Of a DNA stretch of 64,000 bases, positions 46,562 through 56,807 are shown piece by piece (position 1 is the first letter of the stretch; each line of letters starts with the position of its first letter). The translations under genes and the position numbers were made by a program. The notes beneath the pieces are model-generated. The model saw only the letters and a list, made by a program, of their open reading frames with translations. It did not search any database and was not told the origin of the DNA. The DNA comes from Bdellovibrionales bacterium (GTDB lineage Bacteria; Bdellovibrionota; Bdellovibrionia; Bdellovibrionales; UBA1609), in assembly GCA_965261545.1 (NCBI GenBank), contig CBDHDF010000002.1:130417-194416 (forward strand), in the 5' to 3' direction.

Positions 46562-47695
46562 ATGAAGAAAAAGAAAATATATAAAGAAGCATATAAAAAA
46601 ACATGTAAACGACTATTGACTTTTGCGATCGCTCTTACTAGCTTAGGACTCTCTTTTGGGTGCGCCACCATGATCCAGCGTGATCTACCTTCGTTTCAAT
46701 CAAAGAACAAAAACAAGAAGTGTTACAATCGTAAAAAAGAACCTTATACATTTATCACCGATACCCATGCGCATTTTCGCCCCTTTGGGGGGGCGGCCAT
46801 CCCCTTCAAGAAACTCAATGAGTATTTCAAAAAAACGGGGGTCCTCTTTGTCAATGTCTACGGCATCGGGCAATCTCTCCCCACCCACTCAAGCTGCACT
46901 TATTACCTAGACTGTCCCGGTGAACCCGTGATTCCAAGTATAAAAAATGACTTTGTCAACGCAGCCAATTACATTGAATTTCAACCCAAAGATGTTCATT
47001 TAACCCTTTCCATGACTTTTCTCGATTTGGCCCACCCCGAAAATATCACTCAACTGATAGCTCTGTATGATAAAGAGTACCCCAAAGTATTTAAGTGGAT
47101 GGGAGAAGTCAATCTCAACAAACAAGCCCTTCTCAACAACCATCATCAACCAGCCTCTAAGAAGCATATTGAACAATGGAAAGATTTTATGACAATTCTC
47201 CGCAACCGAGACATTCCCATCACCATTCACTCAGACCTAGGTGACAGCAGGGCACCCACAAAATTTGTACACTTTATGGAACATGTGTTAACACTCTATC
47301 CCGACAATAAAATTCTATGGGCTCACATGGGGCTTTCTAAAGAATTAAAAACCATGGACCCTCTCCAACATATTCAGATTATGGAATCCTTTTTGAATAG
47401 ATTTCCTAACCTCATGCTCGACATCTCTTGGCGTATTCTCGAAGATAATCATTTCAGTAAAAATAGAAACGCCTATGTTTCTTTCTTAAATAAATACTCT
47501 CAGCGCATTTTACCAGGAACAGATTTTGTAGCTTCAGAGAAGAAAAGCTTTGATCTCTATAAAACTGAGTTGGAAGTCACAAGTAAAGTCAACAAATACT
47601 TAAATGATGAAGCCTTTCAAAACATCGCCTTGGGAAACAATTATTTTCGACTCCTTGGGCTCAACTACCAAGCCCCTCCCATTTGCCGCCAGTAG
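46562..47695 (+). CDS. Secreted metal-dependent hydrolase of the amidohydrolase (TIM-barrel) type
   Basis: I chose the start at the ATG at 46562 (RBS ggagag). The signal is ...FAIALTSLGLSFG-C-. The metal-binding motif FITDTHAHF lies near the N-terminus, with later WAHMG and TDF blocks. Confidence 0.6.
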   Translation: MKKKKIYKEAYKKTCKRLLTFAIALTSLGLSFGCATMIQRDLPSFQSKNKNKKCYNRKKEPYTFITDTHAHFRPFGGAAIPFKKLNEYFKKTGVLFVNVYGIGQSLPTHSSCTYYLDCPGEPVIPSIKNDFVNAANYIEFQPKDVHLTLSMTFLDLAHPENITQLIALYDKEYPKVFKWMGEVNLNKQALLNNHHQPASKKHIEQWKDFMTILRNRDIPITIHSDLGDSRAPTKFVHFMEHVLTLYPDNKILWAHMGLSKELKTMDPLQHIQIMESFLNRFPNLMLDISWRILEDNHFSKNRNAYVSFLNKYSQRILPGTDFVASEKKSFDLYKTELEVTSKVNKYLNDEAFQNIALGNNYFRLLGLNYQAPPICRQ

Positions 47696-47864
47696 ACCAC
47701 GGTCGAGATGTAGCAATCAGGCGACCATACTTGCATATTGACCACTTGCATATTGACCACATTCCGACAAACCACACACGACCGAAGTGCAACCATCACA
47801 GACAGTCGCAACAGCCAGTCGTATAAATATTGATCTCCTTCAAAGCTGCTCCACTGAACAACCC

Positions 47865-49488
47865 TCACCTCACTTGAAATCGAATTGTCCCCCAGTCTTC
47901 CGTGGAAATAAGAGGAATACCATACTTGCGAAGACGCCTGTGAACAGATCTATGGGGATGACCGTACCTGCTTTTTCGACTGGAAACTACCGCTTGTCGC
48001 AGATATGGCAGAGCGTAGAGCAGTTCATTTGAAGTGCTGGTCTGGCTCCCGTGGTGGCCAAGAACAAGAACCTTATACTTCAAGGAGTCCAGTTTCTGGG
48101 CCCACTGAACTTCCATATTTTTAGTGCTGTCTCCAGGGATGAGAAAGCCGTGAATGCCAAAGACATGACTACTATCATTGGCATTTCTTTGACGAAACGA
48201 AGGCTTAAAGTGAAAGTGAATATCCTTGACAGAGCCCCTCGAACATTTGGGAAAATTTTGAAAAAAATGAGTTCGCTTTTTTGGGAGAGTGGGTTTATTT
48301 TTAAGACATATTTTTTTGATGCGACGTCGGGCTTGATGGGCAAAGGAAATATGATCCCAATCTCCATGGCTAATGAACAACAAGTTCTCTTTACGCTGGC
48401 ATTCCTTTTGGGCAGCTCTCCAATCAACTCTCTCCCCACCGATATCAAAGTGGATGCATTGAGACACTGTGGAAAAAGTCGCCCACTGACCTTGCCCCAC
48501 CCTCCACAGAATAAAGTAGGACCACTCTTGGGGACTTAAACTATGGGAGGCCCCAGTCATGAGAAAAAAAATCAATGCCATCGCTTTAAATGAATGTACC
48601 AACAATAACACCCCCATTGAATGAGAAATAAATAAATCCAAAAATAAAGCAAATGAATGAACATCTGCCCTCCATGAGGGAATCCAGGAAATGAGCTTGA
48701 GAAAAGCTCAAGAAACTCTAAGAGCAAACTCCAAAAACTATTGTAAAACCCCTCAAAAAATGGAAGGAGAACCGATAAAAAGCTCAACGGAAGAAAAATT
48801 CCCAAAAAAGCAGGGGCCATAAAGGCATTGAGAAGAATACTCATGGGGTGAGTGTATAGCCCCAAGTCCATGTAAAAGGTATAAGAGCTATATAGAGGAA
48901 GGGCAGACGCCACCAGGAGATTTTTGTGGGCATTGTGATGATCAGTGTCGCTAACCAGCTAAGGATAAGAGACTGAGAATTCCACCATGGAGGATGAAAG
49001 ACCAAGCAAAACCCACCTGAAATAAAAGCGATAAGAGGAGAAGGCCAATGCAAAGAGTACCTCGCACTAATAATGCGACATAAGACGGCTATGAGAGCCC
49101 TCACCACGGGAGCACTTCCATGGGTCACAATGGTAAATAAACTTAAGAACAAAATAGAAATAAGCCTGTGAGGCCACCCCCATGACTGGCAAAGCTTTGT
49201 GATCGATGACTCTATGTAACTAAGATGAGCACCTGATATGACAAGCAAATGGGCCATACCTGAAAGCCAAAACCCTGAAAATGCAGATGGGTTTTCATAA
49301 AAACCACACAACAGAGCTGATGAAAGCCCCGCGCCCTCGCTTACACCCAAACCATCACCCGCAGCACCTACTCCCTCACTCGCACCTGAAACCGCTGTCA
49401 TTTCTAAGCATGCGCAATGAAGCTCATAGGACAATTCTGCTAAAAAATGAGGCACATATGAGGTCATAGCCATGGCTCCTAACAACAC
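47865..49488 (-). pseudogene. comEC: comEC/rec2 DNA-uptake channel gene split over three reading frames and lacking the usual N-terminal domain
   Basis: ORF 48841..49488 carries the competence membrane domain (SGMAHLLVISGAHLSYI, GSAPVVRALIAV). ORF 48572..48913 continues the TM region in another frame. ORF 47865..48641 carries VGQGQ...FDIGG and the metallo-beta-lactamase domain (FISHGDWDHI, VLGHHGSQTS, RYGHPH). At least two frameshifts are needed to join them. Confidence 0.7.
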
Positions 49489-50146
49489 TGACTTGGGCTA
49501 GTTCTGGATATTTTGAGCTAGCCGTACTAAGCACAGGGTTCTGATGCACAAATTATGCTATTTTATAGCGCATTCAGACTTCAGTCAGATAATGTAAGTT
49601 TTTTGGTAGGAAATATCAGATAATGAAATAAAAAACTCATAATTATCAAAGAAATTAGAAGTATCCCAATAATATCAATATTTTGAAAATTGTTCATATA
49701 TTAAGCAAGTGGCTGAAAGTCCCATCAGATATTAGGTCCAAGGTCCTGAAAACCTTGAATTCCACATTTCTTGTGGATAATCTCCCCACTCAGTGAATAA
49801 ACCTTAACCTCTATACAATACAATGCGGCGCACAATATTTCTTTATAGGCATCACTAGTGTTTTTCTATGAAGACAAATTAGGGTAGAATTTTTCTTAAG
49901 GGAGGGAAGAATCCTCATGTAGCTGTTAGTTTAATTAGATAGATGTAGCTTCGTGTAATTTACCGCTCGTAGAAGAACCCCCTCAATGGTGACAATAAGG
50001 TGGATAGCGCTAACTCACCACCTCAAGCACTTAACAACAACCATTTGAAGGATGGGTCCATCCCCATGATAAGACTCGGCAGTCCATCGTCTGGGTGAAA
50101 CCCGGTTGAAGCAACAACCTTCTTCAAAACCCATGGAGCTTTGAAT

Positions 50147-51022
50147 ATGCAAATTTCAAGAAAGACAATAAAAGCAGCAACGGCAATAAAGACAGTGGAT
50201 GTAAAAACATTGATAATACAAAACACATTGGCCGCACAGACATTAATTTCAATCAAAATAGGGATTATTTTTTGTAGTCTATTGTTGTCTGCCTGCGCAG
50301 GCATCCATAAGCCAGATCCTAAACACAAAAATCGAGCGAATTACTTGAGTCACCAGCTTATTAAAACTCAAGCACGATTGGAAAGGTTCAAAGCTGAAAA
50401 CCTTGTTTTACGAAAGAAAATCAAAAAGAGTCAAAAATACAAAAAACAACTTCTCCGCCAACGAGAAGCACCAAATCGAGAATTTAAAAAGAATCATTCT
50501 CCTCGATCCACCCAAAGGCTTGCGAAAAGAAAAACCAAGTCTAAAACCATGGGTCGCTCTCGTACCCAAAGAGCGCCTGTCATAAAGTCGATACAAAGCC
50601 GATTCCCTCGCCACTCCATAAACCCAAAATTGGATGACGATTTATATAGAACCATTCTAACTCTCTATGAGAATCAACAGGGAGAGAAGCTCTATAAATA
50701 TGTCAAAAAACTACTTACTGAGTACCCAAAAAGTATCTATGGAGATAATGCCTTGTATTTACAAGGAAAATACTTATATACAAGATTCCAATACTTTCAG
50801 GCCATTGCCTCCTTTGACCAAGCCTTAGAGCTGTTTCCCAAAGGCAATAAAAGAGCTGCCATTTTATTGGCCAAGTCAAGAGCCTACAAAAAACTCAACT
50901 TGGCTTCCCAAGCTCAGAGTCTTTTAAAAAAAATTATTGTGACTTATCCTAGCAGCATGGAAGCGCAAAGGGCTCAAATGGAACTTTCTTCAACTTCTAT
51001 GAAGAATCGAGACAAAATGTAA
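50147..51022 (+). CDS. CpoB/YbgF-like TPR protein, probable lipoprotein
   Basis: Lipobox ...FCSLLLSA-C-AG, then a basic coiled-coil segment. The C-terminal TPR region (YGDNALYLQGKYLY...AIASFDQALELFPKGNKRAAILLAKSRAY...) resembles the YbgF C-domain. The ATG at 50147 has GGAG 8 nt upstream. Confidence 0.55.
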   Translation: MQISRKTIKAATAIKTVDVKTLIIQNTLAAQTLISIKIGIIFCSLLLSACAGIHKPDPKHKNRANYLSHQLIKTQARLERFKAENLVLRKKIKKSQKYKKQLLRQREAPNREFKKNHSPRSTQRLAKRKTKSKTMGRSRTQRAPVIKSIQSRFPRHSINPKLDDDLYRTILTLYENQQGEKLYKYVKKLLTEYPKSIYGDNALYLQGKYLYTRFQYFQAIASFDQALELFPKGNKRAAILLAKSRAYKKLNLASQAQSLLKKIIVTYPSSMEAQRAQMELSSTSMKNRDKM

Positions 51023-51094
51023 AAGTACCGAGTGATATACAGGCAAGATACTGTGGCCCTTTGCCACATAACACTTTAACAAGGATGTTCAAAA

Positions 51095-52600
51095 GTGACG
51101 AAATTTCTTATAGAGAAAATGCCTCTCATTGTTATTGTTTCACTACCACTGACTTTGATGATTTCGTACTTGCACTCACATAACTCCATGGCTCAGGGGC
51201 AAGAAGGAACAGCCTCAGTTTACGAAGCTCAACTCTTTGATATTTATGTAAAGTATCACAATCAACCCACAGCCCTAGAACAGTGGTCGGAGCTTACAAA
51301 CCGCATGAATGATATCTATGAAGTCCGTCCAGGGGATAGCCTCTGGAGTATTAGCCAAATTCTTTTTGGTGATGGACACTTTTGGCCAAAAATCTGGTCA
51401 CAAAACCAAAGCATTGCAAACCCCCACCTTCTTAAAGTGGGAAGTCAAATCACATTTTTTCCAGGAAATGAATCCTCTGCTCCCAACTACACAGTCACAG
51501 ACAATAATACTAAAGAAACGGACTCACCAGACGAACAAGAAACCTCCCAATCAGTTGAAAAAATCATTGCTAAAAAAGAATCTCCCAGTGGTGAAGAAAC
51601 CACCACCCACGGAGTACGAATACCAGCCCCTTTAACCCCCCTAGTCCCTGTTCTTAGAAACTTGCCTCCCAGTTTACCTCACTCAGCAATAAGTCTAAAC
51701 CCTGATAAGAGCCTCGGCATTGACTTTGTTTTTGTACCTAAGGCTGATCTCAATCATTCTATAAAGCTAGGGTATTATATCACTGAAACAGAATCACAAG
51801 GAGTGGGAAAAGTCATCGCTGTTGAGGGAGCGGGAGATGGCGGTAGCCGCATTGCTGGGTCAGGCCAGTATGTTTATGTTGAAATAGATTTGGGTCAAGC
51901 CCGTGTGGGTGAGCACTTTACAACTGTGAAAAGTCTCGGTAAGTTGCGCAAGCTACAAAACCGCCTTCAAAAAGGAGAGATCAATGCCTACAATATTGAA
52001 GTTCAAGGTCGCCTTAAGCTCATCCAACAGCTCTCACGCGAGTTGAATATTGGCGATACTAAGAAGAAAAATGTAGATATCTTTAAGGCTAAGATTTATC
52101 AGTCTATCAATGTAACTATGGTGGGATCCACACTTATAAAAGAAAAGATTCCCATAGTAACCTTAAATAAAAATGGACCTCAAAGTGATATAAATTCTGA
52201 AATTATTGGTGGAGGATATGACAACACTCGTGTGATGTTAGGGCGAGGATCCATTGTATTTGTAAACAAGGGCTCTGAAGCTGGCTTAAGAAAGGGGCAT
52301 GTATTGACAGTGCGTGAAACCCCTCAGGCAAGGAACCCTCGCTCCCAACTCAAAGGAAGTTTTCGACATATTGGACTCATTCAGATTGCAAAAGTTGAGT
52401 CCAATTTTGCTACCGCCGTGGTTTTGGAGTCATTGGCTCCAATAACTCCTGGCGACCTTACCGGCCCAGGAAGCCATGAGTCTCTTGACCCCAATACAAA
52501 TGACCTTGAGGATAATTCCAAGGACGAAGAGTTTGAGGACTTCGAAGATGAAGGTCTTGATGATGATTTTGAAGACGAAGAGCTTGAGGACTTTGAATAA
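51095..52600 (+). CDS. LysM domain-containing secreted protein with an acidic C-terminal tail
   Basis: The LysM motif is YEVRPGDSLWSISQILFGDGHFWPKIWSQNQSIANPHLLKVGSQITF. The tail is DEEFEDFEDEGLDDDFEDEELEDFE. The start is either GTG 51095 or ATG 51119. Confidence 0.75.
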   Translation: MTKFLIEKMPLIVIVSLPLTLMISYLHSHNSMAQGQEGTASVYEAQLFDIYVKYHNQPTALEQWSELTNRMNDIYEVRPGDSLWSISQILFGDGHFWPKIWSQNQSIANPHLLKVGSQITFFPGNESSAPNYTVTDNNTKETDSPDEQETSQSVEKIIAKKESPSGEETTTHGVRIPAPLTPLVPVLRNLPPSLPHSAISLNPDKSLGIDFVFVPKADLNHSIKLGYYITETESQGVGKVIAVEGAGDGGSRIAGSGQYVYVEIDLGQARVGEHFTTVKSLGKLRKLQNRLQKGEINAYNIEVQGRLKLIQQLSRELNIGDTKKKNVDIFKAKIYQSINVTMVGSTLIKEKIPIVTLNKNGPQSDINSEIIGGGYDNTRVMLGRGSIVFVNKGSEAGLRKGHVLTVRETPQARNPRSQLKGSFRHIGLIQIAKVESNFATAVVLESLAPITPGDLTGPGSHESLDPNTNDLEDNSKDEEFEDFEDEGLDDDFEDEELEDFE

Positions 52601-52830
52601 GGTAACTTTTCAGAGGGAACTGCTTCATTATCTCTCAGAGAAATGAGTCATATCAATCTTTAGAGGTTTTTGTTCTTCAAGATGAAACCTACCGAATGAA
52701 GATAAGTTTTACAGGAAGCAACAAAGTTTTAGCTTCTCCCTTTGAAGCGATCGAGTTAGATTTAGGGGCACTATGGGATTACGATTAAAGGGATTACGAT
52801 TAAACTCTCATTTGCTCATTTTTTTGTAAT

Positions 52831-54084
52831 TCATCCTTTATAGACTATTGTAAGTGCTTGATGGAGCTTGTCAAGGCTCATGGCTTCTTGTTGTCCATTG
52901 TCAAAATTCTTCAGTTGGATCACACCTTTTTCTAGCTCTTCTTGGCCTATGATGATGGCAGCTATAGATTTGGCTTTATGGGCTTTTTTTAGTCGCTTGT
53001 TGAGATTACCACTGTAAATGGTTTCAATGTGAAAGCCTTGTCTTCTTAGGTGATGGGTGATTTCCATGGCTTTGGTCTCGGTGGTTTCATTTATGGAAAT
53101 CATGCTTATGGGGCGAATTTTGATAGGAATTTTCTCAACCATGAGGTGGAGGCGCTCGACCCCTGAGGCCCAGCCTACACCATGGGTTTCGGGTCCTCCC
53201 ATGAGGGAAATGAGTTGATTATATCGACCTCCGGCAAGGACCACATTTTGAGCCCCTAGTTGCTTTGTGGACTTAAATTCAAAAACGCAGTGGGTATAGT
53301 AATCGAGACCTCGTACGAGTTGGGGGTTTTTCTTGTAGGGAATGCCCATCTGATGGAGGCCCTGACAAACCTTGGAGTAAATGGATTGAGATTCTCCATT
53401 GAGAAATTCTTCTATTTGAGGAGCTTGGGATGCAATTTCTTGGTCAGCCTCGTCTTTGGAGTCAAGAATTCTCAGGGGATTGAATTTGAGGCGTTTAAGG
53501 CTATCTTCGCTTAGTTTTGACTTGTGTTTTTCAAAAAAGTGGACGAGTTCTTTGCGGTAATCTTGGCGGCTTGCTATGTCTCCAATACTATTGATTTCAA
53601 GCTGAATATGGGCCTCTATTTTGAGCTCTTCCAACATGATTTGGGCCATGGAAATAGCTTCGATATCTGCCCAGGGGGGCTCTATGCCTAAAAGTTCTAC
53701 ACCGATCTGGTGGAACTGTCTTAATCGCCCCTTCTGAGGGCGTTCGTAGCGAAACATAGGGCCTTGATAGAAGTATTTAATGGGAAGTTGGCGTTGGAGA
53801 GTGTTGGATATAAAGGCACGGGCAATGCCCGCTGTTCCTTCAGGTCTCAGTGTAAGCATGGCCCCACTGCGGTCTTCAAAGGTGTACATTTCTTTGTTGA
53901 CGATATCGGAACTCTCCCCCAAGGTTCTTTTGAAAACTTCAGAGGACTCAAAAATAGGGGTAGAAACTTCATCACAGCCAAATCGTTGGGCCACTTTCCT
54001 TGCTGTTTGTATGATATACTGGTGATGTGCATAGTCTTCTGGAAGCAGGTCATGGGTGCCTCGAGGTGGTTTTAAGTGGGACAT
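52831..54084 (-). CDS. hisS: Histidine--tRNA ligase
   Basis: 417 aa with GTHDLLP, class II motif 2 (RPEGTAGIARAF; FRYERPQKGRLRQFHQ) and motif 3 (GGGRY-like LAGGRY). Confidence 0.93.
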   Translation of the reverse strand: MSHLKPPRGTHDLLPEDYAHHQYIIQTARKVAQRFGCDEVSTPIFESSEVFKRTLGESSDIVNKEMYTFEDRSGAMLTLRPEGTAGIARAFISNTLQRQLPIKYFYQGPMFRYERPQKGRLRQFHQIGVELLGIEPPWADIEAISMAQIMLEELKIEAHIQLEINSIGDIASRQDYRKELVHFFEKHKSKLSEDSLKRLKFNPLRILDSKDEADQEIASQAPQIEEFLNGESQSIYSKVCQGLHQMGIPYKKNPQLVRGLDYYTHCVFEFKSTKQLGAQNVVLAGGRYNQLISLMGGPETHGVGWASGVERLHLMVEKIPIKIRPISMISINETTETKAMEITHHLRRQGFHIETIYSGNLNKRLKKAHKAKSIAAIIIGQEELEKGVIQLKNFDNGQQEAMSLDKLHQALTIVYKG

Positions 54085-54306
54085 GGTTTCCTTTAAGTGT
54101 AGAGCTATTTTTCTCTTTTCTCCATTATTTTATTTCTTCTTTTTTTTCTTCTATTTAGTTTTATCATTATCGTCCACCAGGTCAAAAGGAAAGATTTGTT
54201 CATAGATTCTTTATTTTATCCACAAATAATATATGATTAATTAATATTATTAATACGCCACATTAGCATTTATTTATACAAAGCTCACTCAAAAAAAGGA
54301 GGAAGC

Positions 54307-54673
54307 ATGAAATCACTTATTTGCTTCACCACCATTCTCATAACCTTTGGCCTAGTCTCAAATATAGCCTTGGGACAAAAAATAGAGTACACGGAAGATT
54401 GGGGTTATATGCGTGTTAATAATTACAGTGAGTATCTTATTTCAACAAAGTGTTACGACAAAAGAGGGCGTGGAGTATCAAAATGGAAGCGCGTCTTATA
54501 AAGGGCGTTTTAGAAGTTGCTATGGTGCTTACATGAGAGTAGATTTTTCCGATTTAAATGGCAAAAAGATTTTCCGCATTCAAAGAAAACGCTTCTGTGA
54601 CAAAAAGCTTTATATCGGAGCCCATGGCAAGCTCTTGTTCGAAGACCCTCGGATCACAAAAAGTTGTAGGTAA
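54307..54673 (+). CDS. Small secreted Cys-containing protein, apparently interrupted by a 1-nt frameshift
   Basis: ORF 54307..54501 has the RBS aaggagg and a signal peptide (MKSLICFTTILITFGLVSNIALG). ORF 54413..54673 in the +1 frame continues with a related motif (GYMRVNNYSEY versus GAYMRVDFSDL). Removing one A from the aaaa run in gacaaaagaggg would fuse them into about 121 aa. Confidence 0.4.
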
Positions 54674-54701
54674 AAAAAGTATAAAAGAAATGAGGTAACG
54701 A

Positions 54702-55418
54702 TTAGATCACGGACCACTGACCATCTTTCAACCTGAGAAGCCTTGAAAACCTCGATGCAAATTGATAATCGTGGCTGACTGCAACCAATGTCAGGCCGAA
54801 TTCCTTTCTGAGATCAAAGAAAAGCTCTTGAATCACTTTTCCATTTTTTGTGTCTAAGTTACCCGTGGGCTCATCGGCCATAAGAATTTCAGGCTTTTGT
54901 ACAAGGGCTCTAGCTATGGCCACCCGCTGCTTTTCTCCACCACTTAATTCCACAGGGTAATGTTCTTTCCGATCTCTAAGCCCCAAACGATCCAAAAGTT
55001 CTTGAGCCTTTTTCAGGGCCACCCCCCTTGATTCCCCCCCAATCAACACAGGCATCATCACATTTTCTAAGGCTGTAAACTCTGTCATAAGATGGTGAAA
55101 CTGAAAAACAAAGCCGAGGCTGCGATTTCGAAAGCGAGCAAGAGCCTCATCACTCATAGCTATAAGGTCTTCTTTTTTAAAATAAATCTTTCCACGAGTG
55201 GGTCGATCCAAAGCCCCTAATAAATGCAAGAGAGTGCTTTTGCCCGCCCCCGAGGCTCCCACAATACACAGATCTTCTCCTTGATAAATATCGAGATCAA
55301 TCCCCTTAAGTATCTGCAAATGCCTCACCCCCTGCTGATAACTTCGCTCCACTCCTCGGGCGGAAAGCAATACTTGACGAATTCTATCCATATTGATCCT
55401 TTCGATGACAATCTTCAT
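54702..55418 (-). CDS. lolD: Lipoprotein-releasing ABC transporter ATP-binding protein
   Basis: Walker [10 protein letters not shown], signature [15 protein letters not shown] and Walker B ILMADEPT. It lies directly downstream of a LolC/E-type permease gene. Confidence 0.8.
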   Translation of the reverse strand: MKIVIERINMDRIRQVLLSARGVERSYQQGVRHLQILKGIDLDIYQGEDLCIVGASGAGKSTLLHLLGALDRPTRGKIYFKKEDLIAMSDEALARFRNRSLGFVFQFHHLMTEFTALENVMMPVLIGGESRGVALKKAQELLDRLGLRDRKEHYPVELSGGEKQRVAIARALVQKPEILMADEPTGNLDTKNGKVIQELFFDLRKEFGLTLVAVSHDYQFASRFSRLLRLKDGQWSVI

Positions 55419-55517
55419 TCATATTCATATCCGTACGTCACACCCATATTATTCTGCACTCCTACGCCTGCCCTCGTAGCTGCCTGCCCTCGTAGCTGCT
55501 TGCACTCATATCTCTCT

Positions 55518-56807
55518 TCACTCATATTTAAAACCATCAACGAGGGAAAGGTTCCCACTCCTCAAAGACGGACCAATAGTGGATAAATAACACACTCCCA
55601 AACACACGACAAAAATCAAAAATAAATCCATGAAACGAATACTTAACTCCAAGCCATCAAGCCTGTAGACTTCACCACTTAATAAACTATACTTCTTGTA
55701 GCTATACATAAAAGCCATCCCTGCAAGCCACCCCCAAAAGAGACCTAAGAGGTAACCCATAACTCCAATGATAAGACCATGGATGACAAAGAGGGATCGT
55801 ACCACAGAGCGAGTCATTCCCAGGGCTCGAAGGGTACTGATGTCTCGAAACCTCTTGAGCACGCTGACAAAGAGGGTGCTGGCCACATTAAAACTTGCAG
55901 CCACCACGATAATCATGAGTATGAGAAAGATAATAACTTGTTCATAGTCAACAGCATCAAATAAAGTGCGATTAACTTGTCGCCAATTCATGGCCCAATA
56001 GTCCTTGTCACTCAATTTTGAAATGATGAGTTGACTTAAAATAAGAGCATTGTCAGAATTTTCAATATTGAGGCGCAGACCTGAAATTCGACTCTTGAAG
56101 CCAACAAAACTTTGAAGCTCCTTAAGGTCAATAAGTATATTACGTAGATCATACTCATAACGTCCAAAAGTTAAAATTCCCGTAACCCTTAAAACTTTTA
56201 CTTTTGCCTTAAAATTCCCATAGCCTTGAATAATAGGCACAACAACCTTAAAGGTATTCCCCAAGGAAAGTTGAAACTTATCTGCCATGGTTTGTCCAAT
56301 GGCAACTCCTGTGATTTGCCCTTGGGTGGAGAGATCAATCTCCCCCTGAACAACCCTTGAATCTAAATTTAAAACACCGGTGTAATTGGACGGGTCTAAA
56401 CCCTGCAAGACAATACCAGAAACCTTTTTCTGATGGACAACCAGTCCCTCAACAGTGGCATAGGGGGTCATCGAGAGAAGTTTGATTTTGCCTGATGGTA
56501 AATCTGAAAGAACCTCCTTATCAGCATTGATTTCCTCAATAAGTTGCTTAATCTCCCTCTCTGATCTTTGAATGGCCTTGGTACTTTTCATGGATTTGAC
56601 AACCACAACATCCCCAAAAACATCGATTACAGATTGTTTAAGAGTGGATTTAAACCCACTAATAATGGACATGGCGACCACAAGAGCCGCCACCCCTATG
56701 CTCAAACCAAGAATGGAAAGGGTGGATGTAAGATTAAAAAGTGTTTTTTCTGATTTTAAATATCGCCAAACCAACCAACACCGAAGCCAAAGTCGAAGTC
56801 GAAACAT
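55518..56807 (-). CDS. lolC: Lipoprotein-releasing system permease (LolC/LolE family, FtsX-like)
   Basis: 429 aa with an N-terminal ...RYLKSEKTLFNLTSTLSILGLSIGVAALVVAMSIISGF, a large periplasmic loop and a C-terminal three-TM FtsX domain. Its ATG (56807) abuts the prfB stop codon (56808-56810). Confidence 0.75.
   Translation of the reverse strand: MFRLRLWLRCWLVWRYLKSEKTLFNLTSTLSILGLSIGVAALVVAMSIISGFKSTLKQSVIDVFGDVVVVKSMKSTKAIQRSEREIKQLIEEINADKEVLSDLPSGKIKLLSMTPYATVEGLVVHQKKVSGIVLQGLDPSNYTGVLNLDSRVVQGEIDLSTQGQITGVAIGQTMADKFQLSLGNTFKVVVPIIQGYGNFKAKVKVLRVTGILTFGRYEYDLRNILIDLKELQSFVGFKSRISGLRLNIENSDNALILSQLIISKLSDKDYWAMNWRQVNRTLFDAVDYEQVIIFLILMIIVVAASFNVASTLFVSVLKRFRDISTLRALGMTRSVVRSLFVIHGLIIGVMGYLLGLFWGWLAGMAFMYSYKKYSLLSGEVYRLDGLELSIRFMDLFLIFVVCLGVCYLSTIGPSLRSGNLSLVDGFKYE

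Noticed and set aside
49772-49780. Perfect DnaA-box 9-mers (tgtggataa at 49772-49780 and 41982-41990; ttatccaca at 54216-54224), considered as a possible oriC
   Set aside because: The boxes are 4-8 kb apart rather than clustered. No AT-rich unwinding element with a box array and no dnaA/dnaN neighbourhood was seen, so this does not support an origin.
49700-50140. The 658-bp ORF-free gap scanned for structured RNAs (the gaaagtcc word at about 49715 is reminiscent of RNase P P4; there is also an SD-ATG-TAG start-stop at 49901-49922)
   Set aside because: No other RNase P, tmRNA, SRP or tRNA consensus elements are present, and the region is AT-rich without extended helices I can trace. The start-stop could be chance. 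It is left unannotated pending an Rfam scan.
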